DNA of 10,992 nt, from assembly GCA_044356215.1 (NCBI GenBank), contig JBIKWQ010000092.1:1-10992 (forward strand), in the 5' to 3' direction. Source of the stretch: Bdellovibrionota bacterium (GTDB taxonomy: Bacteria > Bdellovibrionota_C > UBA2361 > OMII01). Each line of letters starts with the position of its first letter. The stretch's first letter is position 1. Below, one piece after another: positions 1-6,581 of the stretch. Below the pieces are notes generated by a model that saw nothing but the letters and a program-made list of their open reading frames with translations, had not been told where the DNA came from and did not search any database. The translations under genes and the position numbers were made by a program.

Positions 1-12
1 AGTTAAGGAGGA

Positions 13-139
13 CCAAAATGGTGCAGCTGGTTAAAAGCACAAGAGATTTTGAAATTTTCGGCGCGCAACCCTGGCACCGTCAGGGTGAGCACCGAAAATT
101 CAAAAGCCGCAGTGATTTTAGCCAGATGCGCCGTTTTGG
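13..139. repeat. Long imperfect nested palindrome (RPE/MITE-like element or structured RNA)
   Basis: 13-40 pairs with 112-139 (23 Watson-Crick, 3 G-U, 2 mismatches). TTTTGAAATTTTCGG (47-61) pairs with CCGAAAATTCAAAA (92-105) with one bulge. ACCCTG (68-73) pairs with CAGGGT (81-86) around a 7-nt loop. Confidence 0.8.
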
Positions 140-186
140 GACCCGCAACTGCCGTTTTTAGGTTTATACAGAGTGGAGAATGTTAT

Positions 187-1650
187 ATGGCAAGCGAAAC
201 TAACGAACTAACTTTTGTGAGGTGTCCTACCTGCCGTAGCTTGGTTCCTGCCAGTGCCTCTAGGTGTCGGATCTGTAACGCGACTCTTGAGGCAGGAGCT
301 AAACCAGCGGCTTCTGAGCCACCTGCGCCGCAGGGGCGTGCTAGGCAGAAAACTGTGTCAGCGGCGGCCGAAGAGGTTCGCGGAATTGTCGGCGCTGCAG
401 CGCCGATTGAGCCACCCGTAAAGCCGGTGTCGGTCGCTCCGGTGGCACCTGCAGAGAGCGGCAGGCCAGCTGATGTGAATGATTCAACTGAGGATGACAC
501 TTTTGATCCCCTAGGCGCGTTTCTGCAAGATCTCGACGCTGAAGAGGATAAGCCAACGCCAAGCGCGCCACCGACTCCTCAAAAAACAGAATCTCCGTTA
601 GCCGATCTCTTTGATGACAGCGACGATGATGATGACGATGACGATTTTGATCTGGATATCTTTAATGATCCAGTTTTTGAGGAGTTGTTGTCAGATAAAG
701 CCTCTAAGCAGAGCGCAGGACCGTCTGATTCGGAGGTATCTGAGACTTCGGATCTTGTGGACGATCTATTAGATCCTTTGGATGATATTGAGGAGCCTGA
801 GCCGCAGGTTGAGGTGAAACCAGAGCCGCCACCAGTGGTTCAACGTGAGCCGCGGAGGCCAGAATCGCGGAGACAGGAGCCTAGTAGGGGTGAGGGTGCG
901 CCTCAGAGGCCTAGTGAATTTGTTAATCGTGAGGAGCCGAGGTCCGCGAAGCCGGTCGAGAGACAACCAGCACCCCGTCCAAAGGTCGATTCTCCACCAT
1001 CTCCAGTTTCTCCTCGTCCAAGGATCGGAGGGGTGGGGCCACGACAGGAAGTTAACCCCAGAGTGAGCTCGGATTCGTCCTCAAAAGATCAAGCTAGCGC
1101 ACGGCCTCAGAGGCCAACGCAGCCAGAGACACGCGGAGCTGCGCGTCGAGAGGAACCGAGGCGGCCAGAAGGTAGGCCGCTGATTCATCCAGCGCGAACG
1201 GCTGCGGGATCGAATCGCGCGAATCTCGAGGACGAGCGTGAGAGAGTTCAGCCGAGCGAACCGGCACGAGAGGAGAGATCTCCGGTCGCTCCAAGTGGCC
1301 CACGTACCAACAAGATGAAACCAGGACGGTTGTTTGGTTGGTTGGTTAGTTACGAGAATCCGGATGGCCGCGCGATAGAGTTGCGAGTTGGAAGGTTCTT
1401 TATCACAGGGAACAGTATCCGAGGTAGTGATCTGATCCTTGAGGACCAGAGTATATCGACACCACACGCATTGGTGGCGATCACTGAGAATGGATTCCAA
1501 CTTCAGGATCTGATGAGTGAGCGGGGTACATTCGTGCGTCAGCAGGGCGAGGCTCAGTATTCACGTGAGGATGGAGTGATGGAGATTCGTCACGGAGATT
1601 GGATCAGGTTTGGCGATGTGGAGTTCCTGGTAACGATAGTGCCGTCTTAA
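187..1650 (+). CDS. Zinc-ribbon + long low-complexity linker + C-terminal FHA-fold protein (487 aa)
   Basis: ATG at 187 follows GGAGA (175-179) and is preferred over the TTG at 49. N-terminal CPTC-x10-CRIC zinc ribbon, then an Asp/Glu-rich and a Pro/Arg/Glu-rich linker. C-terminal FHA-like motifs: DLILEDQSISTPHA, LQDLMSERGTFV, GDWIRFG. Confidence 0.88.
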   Translation: MASETNELTFVRCPTCRSLVPASASRCRICNATLEAGAKPAASEPPAPQGRARQKTVSAAAEEVRGIVGAAAPIEPPVKPVSVAPVAPAESGRPADVNDSTEDDTFDPLGAFLQDLDAEEDKPTPSAPPTPQKTESPLADLFDDSDDDDDDDDFDLDIFNDPVFEELLSDKASKQSAGPSDSEVSETSDLVDDLLDPLDDIEEPEPQVEVKPEPPPVVQREPRRPESRRQEPSRGEGAPQRPSEFVNREEPRSAKPVERQPAPRPKVDSPPSPVSPRPRIGGVGPRQEVNPRVSSDSSSKDQASARPQRPTQPETRGAARREEPRRPEGRPLIHPARTAAGSNRANLEDERERVQPSEPAREERSPVAPSGPRTNKMKPGRLFGWLVSYENPDGRAIELRVGRFFITGNSIRGSDLILEDQSISTPHALVAITENGFQLQDLMSERGTFVRQQGEAQYSREDGVMEIRHGDWIRFGDVEFLVTIVPS

Positions 1651-1679
1651 GGTTATTTAGATATGGTTAAGGCATAGAG

Positions 1680-2537
1680 ATGAGATCATTGCGGGCGTTC
1701 ATAGCGTGTTGCTGCGCATCACTTTTAGTTGGCGGCTGTAGCTCCTCTCCGGTAGCGGATGATGTCTCTCAGCGTGAGGCTAATGAGATAGTTTCGGCGC
1801 TGGACAGGCATAGGATCGCGGCGTGGCTGGTGAAGGGGCGTGGTTCAAAAGGGCGCTACTCAGTTGAGGTGTCGTCGAGTGATTTCGCTGGGGCAGCGGG
1901 TGTACTGAGCTCTCTGGATCTTCCAGCCGAGAAGAAGCCATCGTTTCAGGAGCTCACCGGGGGAGGTGGAATTATCCCTCCAAGCCGCGAGGTAGAGGCG
2001 CTACGTTTAGATCGCGCCACAGCCCAGGAGCTAGAGGACCTCTTTAAATCAAGAAGTGATATAGCCTCTGTAAATGTGATCGTTAGGGCGCACTCGCGGA
2101 CGCGTGATGAGAAACCAACAGCTACTGTGGTTGCTCGCCGGTCTACTAAGGCTGTTCCGGATCTCAGCGAGCTAAGGGAGATAGTTAGGCGCGCGGTTCC
2201 GGGGATTCAAATAGAGGATGTTTTTATATCGGTATCTGAGCCCTTGCCGGATGAGCTTTCCGCGGGAACGCGTACATCCGGCTTGGTTTCCTTCCTCGGA
2301 TTTTGGAGGGTTCCGGAGGAATCGCACGGCGGATTGGTAGGTTTATTCGCTGGGCTGATCGCTTTGACAGGGGTGATCGCGGGGTTAGCGGGCTACCTGC
2401 TCGGTCAATTTAATTGGCTTAATAAATTAAGTGCTCCCAGCTTCAGTAAAGCTAGTCGCGTCGGGTCAATGAGTAGCGGTGGTGGTAGAGCTAGCGAAAC
2501 ATCTGAGGATGGCTCTGAGAGTGGGGACCTGGTATGA
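1680..2537 (+). CDS. sctJ: T3SS inner-membrane ring lipoprotein, YscJ/PrgK/HrcJ family
   Basis: Lipoprotein signal ending LLVGG-C20. YscJ-like motifs SQREANEIVSAL, LDLP, FQELTGGGGIIPPSREVEALRLDRATAQELE and PTATVV. C-terminal TM helix GLVGLFAGLIALTGVIAGLAGYLL. At 285 aa it fits SctJ rather than FliF. Confidence 0.88.
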   Translation: MRSLRAFIACCCASLLVGGCSSSPVADDVSQREANEIVSALDRHRIAAWLVKGRGSKGRYSVEVSSSDFAGAAGVLSSLDLPAEKKPSFQELTGGGGIIPPSREVEALRLDRATAQELEDLFKSRSDIASVNVIVRAHSRTRDEKPTATVVARRSTKAVPDLSELREIVRRAVPGIQIEDVFISVSEPLPDELSAGTRTSGLVSFLGFWRVPEESHGGLVGLFAGLIALTGVIAGLAGYLLGQFNWLNKLSAPSFSKASRVGSMSSGGGRASETSEDGSESGDLV

Positions 2538-2758
2538 GAGGAGCTAACGCTTTTATGCGTCTTCAGCCTTACGATCGCGCGCGTGTGGCGATCGCTGTGT
2601 TGCTTGATGGAGGCGAGGCGCCCATATACTTACTCAATGACGCGGAAATTGGAAAGGAGCTTAGAGAAGCCGCCGAGGAGCTGTTGTCAATGGAGTTAGA
2701 TATAAGGTTCCCGTTTGTGGGAACTATGTTGCGCTTGGCTCTAGAGGAGGCTGGCTGA
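2534..2758 (+). CDS. Small helical hypothetical protein in the SctK position (weak FliG N-terminal resemblance)
   Basis: ATGA overlap with the sctJ stop, implying translational coupling. 74 aa with amphipathic helical composition. Confidence 0.7.
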   Translation: MRGANAFMRLQPYDRARVAIAVLLDGGEAPIYLLNDAEIGKELREAAEELLSMELDIRFPFVGTMLRLALEEAG

Positions 2759-2759
2759 T

Positions 2760-3092
2760 GTGGTTGGTGATAATGAGTTAGAGTTAAAGCTTTATAGAGA
2801 TAAAGTAGTCCAGGAATTAAAGCGAAGAACTGAGGCGTTAATGGGGCTAGAGGGGCGATTGATAGACGCGCAGTTTGAATTGGATAGAGCGACGCGAGCG
2901 AGTCGAACTATCAGTGGGACAACAGCGCGAATCCAGATTGAGAACGCCCACCGGGTTAAATTGAGGTCCGCTCTGAGAGTTTTGGAAAGTGAGAGAGATG
3001 AGGCGAAGGCAGACCTGGAGCGCGCCGAACAGAGATTGCGAGAGGTTGATCAAAGACTTGATGAGCTTTTGAAAGAGGGCCAAGAGGTTTAA
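2760..3092 (+). CDS. Coiled-coil protein, putative SctO/FliJ-like stalk
   Basis: GTG start 1 nt after the previous stop, with GAGGAGG upstream. E/R/L-rich heptad pattern throughout, and it lies directly before sctQ. The SctO assignment is positional only. Confidence 0.6.
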   Translation: MVGDNELELKLYRDKVVQELKRRTEALMGLEGRLIDAQFELDRATRASRTISGTTARIQIENAHRVKLRSALRVLESERDEAKADLERAEQRLREVDQRLDELLKEGQEV

Positions 3093-3109
3093 GTGAGACG
3101 GGGTAATAA

Positions 3110-4150
3110 GTGAGTAGCGGAGAGCAGATATCAGCGGAATCAGAGGGGCAAGTTGAGCCTTGGGAGCCGCGTGGCTTTTTAAGGGCGATCGATTATCGCG
3201 AGGCGCGCCTGGCTAATGGATTCCTGCGTTGTCATCCGGAACGTTGGTTCCCGGGATTCGCTGAGCGCTGGGCGCCATTGGTCTCGACCCTTGGATGTGA
3301 GCTTAGGATGGGGGAGATAAAACCCACCATAGTTATTCCTGATGATTGCTGGATCTGTTTTCGTGGAACCTTAGAGAATGAGGCGGTCGTGGTGGCGATT
3401 GATCGACAGACCGCAGAGCTTGTAATCCAGGAAGTAGTTCCAAATATAAGCGGCGGGCTCCAGACAGACCTGGTGATTGAGTACCTGATCCAGCGCTTTA
3501 TGGCGATCTTGGGTATGACTCAAACCGCATCCGAGACCGCTGGGGCATTTATATTTAATGGCCGATGCTCCCCTAGCGAGGTCTCTTTAATGGCAGCGGT
3601 GAAGTTGTCGTTCTCCTTAAATTCCGCACCGTGCTCGGTTGTGGTCGCCTTAGGACAAGAGGCGGTCGAACGTATGGATAGGCTGTGGCGCAGGCAGGTT
3701 CACTCATCTATTCGCATAGCGCAGGAAGCCGGATTACTTAGGTTTGAGATAGCGCAATTGGGTGTGCCGCCACAGCTTCTCTCAGAATACGTCACCAAAG
3801 GCACAATAGTAGATTTAGAGGTTGCCGCGTCTGACACTCTTACGCTGAGGGTCGGCTCGAAATTATTTATGCCGGCTCGAATGATTCAGATAGATGGCAA
3901 ATTGGGGTGTCAGGTCGTGTCGGGATCGGCCACGAATCTCCCTGTGGCAGAGGGGACATCACGGCTTAGTGTCGAGATCGCGTCGATGTCAGTGGAGCCA
4001 AGTGTGCTCGCGGAGCTCGGACAGGTAGGAGCGGTGCTCAACACGGGTCGACAGCTAGATAATCGAGTCACGCTGAATATTAACCAGGAAAAGGTCGCGG
4101 ACGCCCGACTCTGCGTCTATCAGGGGCGGTATGCCATAGAGGTAGGCTAG
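3110..4150 (+). CDS. sctQ: Sorting-platform/C-ring protein, SctQ (YscQ/SpaO; FliM/FliN-related)
   Basis: Two tandem C-terminal SPOA-like repeats: LRFEIAQLGV...KGTIVDL...LTLRVG...ARMIQIDGKLGCQV and LSVEIASMSV...GAVLNT...VTLNIN...ARLCVYQGRYAIEV. Located immediately before sctR. Confidence 0.8.
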   Translation: MSSGEQISAESEGQVEPWEPRGFLRAIDYREARLANGFLRCHPERWFPGFAERWAPLVSTLGCELRMGEIKPTIVIPDDCWICFRGTLENEAVVVAIDRQTAELVIQEVVPNISGGLQTDLVIEYLIQRFMAILGMTQTASETAGAFIFNGRCSPSEVSLMAAVKLSFSLNSAPCSVVVALGQEAVERMDRLWRRQVHSSIRIAQEAGLLRFEIAQLGVPPQLLSEYVTKGTIVDLEVAASDTLTLRVGSKLFMPARMIQIDGKLGCQVVSGSATNLPVAEGTSRLSVEIASMSVEPSVLAELGQVGAVLNTGRQLDNRVTLNINQEKVADARLCVYQGRYAIEVG

Positions 4151-4196
4151 CAAAAATCCTCTGTCCAGAACGGCATCCCGTGGTTAATATGCCGAC

Positions 4197-4802
4197 ATGG
4201 ATGGATCGTTATCAATAGTCTCGGTGATCCTGGGGCTTTTACTCTTTACGACTTTTGTCAAAACAGCGACGGTTTTGTCGATAGCTCGCTATGGCTTGGG
4301 TTTGGTCGGTTTTGAGTTTGGAGCTGTATGTTTTTTTGTAGCTCTCGGTATGGCGTGGTTAGCGGTGCCGCCAGAGTTAGCCAGTCTGGGGTTTCCAGAT
4401 GCTCTATTTTCTAAGACTCAATCGATTCAGCCGCAGGTTATAACTCAGTCGTTGGTTCCATATATGGAAAGGCGGATAGATCCGGAGATCGCGGCGCATT
4501 TTAAAGGGTCAACCAAAGATGGTGTGGCTAATGATCAAGGTGTCAAAGTCCACGAGAAAGACAGTCCAATAAGCTCAGTAGCTCCAGCGTATCTGCTCTC
4601 TCAATTGAAAGAGGCTTTTCAGTTGGGGTGCATGATACTAATACCGTTAGTAACTGTAGATCTTCTGGTTGCTCACGTGCTCGCATTGATCGGCACTCAG
4701 AATATCGCGGCAGCGGCGGTGGCTTTGCCGCTAAAGATACTGCTCTTTATAGCCGCGGGAGGCTGGGGTCTTCTGGGGAAAAAATTGCTCGGCTTGGAAT
4801 AG
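4197..4802 (+). CDS. sctR: Export gate protein SctR/FliP family, divergent
   Basis: TTFVKTATVLSIARYGLG resembles TSFxKxxxVxSxLRxALG. PAYLLSQLKEAFQLG...DLLVAHVL...LPLKILLFIAAGGW resembles PAFxxSELxxAFxIG...DLVxxxxL...LPFKLLLFVxxDGW. It lacks the N-terminal signal-peptide extension typical of FliP. Confidence 0.9.
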   Translation: MDGSLSIVSVILGLLLFTTFVKTATVLSIARYGLGLVGFEFGAVCFFVALGMAWLAVPPELASLGFPDALFSKTQSIQPQVITQSLVPYMERRIDPEIAAHFKGSTKDGVANDQGVKVHEKDSPISSVAPAYLLSQLKEAFQLGCMILIPLVTVDLLVAHVLALIGTQNIAAAAVALPLKILLFIAAGGWGLLGKKLLGLE

Positions 4803-4818
4803 TATAGTATAGGGGACC

Positions 4819-5067
4819 ATGATGCGCGAAGAGCAGTTGTATGATCTTATTCAACAAGCGTGGCGCGTGGTGTTTACGCTTGTTATTCCCACATTAGCGA
4901 TACCGCTGGTGAGTTTTATTTTCTCTTTTGTTTTTGGCTTAATCGGTGTCAGAGATGAAGGGGTGGGGTACGCGTTACGTGTCCTTGCTCTTATAGCGGT
5001 TGCCTTGCTCTGCGCTCCGATTTTCGCCAGTGGATTGACTGGCCTTATGTCAGATGCTTTGAGGTAA
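4819..5067 (+). CDS. sctS: Export gate protein SctS/FliQ family, divergent
   Basis: 82 aa with two hydrophobic segments. QQAWRVVFTLVIP resembles YscS QALWLVLVLSMP, and RDEGVGYALR aligns with QEQTLGFxxK. Follows sctR, with AGGGG upstream of the start. Confidence 0.8.
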   Translation: MMREEQLYDLIQQAWRVVFTLVIPTLAIPLVSFIFSFVFGLIGVRDEGVGYALRVLALIAVALLCAPIFASGLTGLMSDALR

Positions 5068-5080
5068 AAGGCATACTATT

Positions 5081-5656
5081 ATGTGGCTGCTTTTGTGCGC
5101 TATCGCCTTTGGTGGCCCGTTGATGGTGGTCGGAGCCTCCGTCCTGCTACTCATTCCTGCTGGTTTCATGTCGCCTAGTTCGGCTCAAGCCGTCTCTGCG
5201 GTCACTTTTTGTCTCGTCAGTGTAATGATTACAGCGGCGGCTGGAACGAGTGCGGTATTTCGCTGGTGCTTTGATCGTGCTCCAGCTCGAGGGGGATCTC
5301 TCTTATCTGGATTAGTAATGGCGCTGTTTTTTTTGAGTCATGAGATTACCCTTCGCTTTATTGGCCAACTTTTTACCGGGGGTGTTCTCGCGATAAGCGC
5401 AGGAGGTTTGCTTTTTGAGCTCCTAGCAGAGTTAGGTACTTTGGTCGGGTTGGCGGTAGCGATCTCCTGTCTTGTGTTGTTGCTATTAGAATTGCCACTA
5501 AGGTGGTGTGAAGCTGGGTCAAAGTTGATTCCGGATGGTTGTTTTAGGACGCTTCGGTGGGTTGGTATAGTTATTTTTATGTTTTTAACAGCGTCTGTCC
5601 TGCGTAATGAGGGCGCTGTAAGGCTAGCGCACGCTTTTCGCGGTGCGTTGAATTAA
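5081..5656 (+). CDS. Polytopic membrane protein, putative shortened SctT/FliR
   Basis: About 5-6 hydrophobic segments, in the slot after sctRS. The C-terminal LVGLAVAISCLVLLLLELPL...FRTLRWVGIV loosely follows the FliR C-terminal pattern. The call is mainly positional. Confidence 0.6.
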   Translation: MWLLLCAIAFGGPLMVVGASVLLLIPAGFMSPSSAQAVSAVTFCLVSVMITAAAGTSAVFRWCFDRAPARGGSLLSGLVMALFFLSHEITLRFIGQLFTGGVLAISAGGLLFELLAELGTLVGLAVAISCLVLLLLELPLRWCEAGSKLIPDGCFRTLRWVGIVIFMFLTASVLRNEGAVRLAHAFRGALN

Positions 5657-5671
5657 AAAGGGGAATCTATT

Positions 5672-6256
5672 GTGGATCGCCTGACTGAAAAACAAGACAA
5701 CCTCAGAGACCTTCCGCCTACGGCCTTTTTTCCGCTCTCTGGACTGGCAACACGACTATTTGTCGTGGCGGCAATTAGTGGGGTGCTCTTTTTTATGGGC
5801 GAGAGAGCTTTAGAAAAGCTGCTTAAGCCATTTGACTCGTGGGCAAGGCTCACTGAGTCCCCTTTGGAGTCGGTTGGCGCGACACTTATTCTGTTGGCTA
5901 TCCTTGCCGTGGCGGCTTTAGTTGTTGGTGTTGTGAGCTCAGTGGCTCAGATGGGTTCGGCCTCATTTAGCGTGAGGCTCCGCTTATCAAAGGAGTTAAA
6001 TCATAGACGATTACCCCTGATGGTTGTGCTAACGACGTTGGTTTCTGGCTTTTTGGCTGTACTCGCGGTCCGATATACTTGCGGAGATCTACTGGAGATT
6101 CTCCATGTCCAAAGAAGTGACCTAGGGCCGGGCCTATTAAAGCGGCTTTTAACTCACATGAGTAAACTGGTGGTTGTCGCTTCGTCCGTTTTAGCTATAC
6201 TGGTTGTGTTTGGTTATCGTTTCGGCCTTTTGATTAAACCACAGAGTCGGGGCTAG
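5672..6256 (+). CDS. Membrane protein, putative SctU/FlhB transmembrane domain only
   Basis: GTG start with AAGGGG upstream. Four hydrophobic segments and N-terminal LTEK. LVVGVVSSVAQMG...LSKELN resembles the FlhB xxQxGxxF...SKLNP segment. The ORF ends shortly after TM4. Confidence 0.6.
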   Translation: MDRLTEKQDNLRDLPPTAFFPLSGLATRLFVVAAISGVLFFMGERALEKLLKPFDSWARLTESPLESVGATLILLAILAVAALVVGVVSSVAQMGSASFSVRLRLSKELNHRRLPLMVVLTTLVSGFLAVLAVRYTCGDLLEILHVQRSDLGPGLLKRLLTHMSKLVVVASSVLAILVVFGYRFGLLIKPQSRG

Positions 6257-6335
6257 AGTCAGACTATTTTTCAGATGGGCGAGATCTGGCCACGGTGTGA
6301 GTATTTACCGAACGAGATCTACAGGGTGTATTTTT

Positions 6336-6581
6336 ATGTCAGCATCTCCTGATCCATTCTCACTTTCGCCTCTTTTGGCGGTTCTTCCTAGGCTTGGGAA
6401 TGTATCGAGACTAGAGACGTTAGTATCTTCTCTCTTCGCCCGCTTTGAATCGCTCGACGCTCTGCGCGAAAATGTTGATGGAGCTGAGGCAAGAGCGCGC
6501 TTGGCCCATGAGGCGGCGATGCTAAGGCAGATTCTCGACTGGCTATCTGTTAATCCCGATGAGGAGAGCCACAATGAGTAA
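6336..6581 (+). CDS. Small helical hypothetical protein (81 aa; alternative GTG start at 6297)
   Basis: Co-oriented with the cluster and overlaps the TPR gene start by 8 nt. Amphipathic C-terminal helix LAHEAAMLRQILDWL. Confidence 0.65.
   Translation: MSASPDPFSLSPLLAVLPRLGNVSRLETLVSSLFARFESLDALRENVDGAEARARLAHEAAMLRQILDWLSVNPDEESHNE

Noticed and set aside
49..186. N-terminal extension of the FHA protein from the TTG at 49
   Set aside because: It lies inside the palindrome. The ATG at 187 has an SD and directly precedes the zinc ribbon.
613..645. GAY trinucleotide microsatellite as a phase-variation tract
   Set aside because: Mixed GAT/GAC codons encode poly-Asp in frame, so it is a protein-level feature.
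3900..4150. Internal translation start producing a short SctQ C-terminal product
   Set aside because: This is known in other T3SSs and in-frame GTG codons exist here, but there is no convincing SD upstream.
1680..6256. Interpretation as a flagellar fliF-G-J-M-P-Q-R-flhB operon
   Set aside because: The ring protein is a short lipoprotein (SctJ type), SctR lacks the FliP N-terminal extension, there is no fliO, an SycD-like TPR is present, and there are no rod, hook or motor genes in the window.
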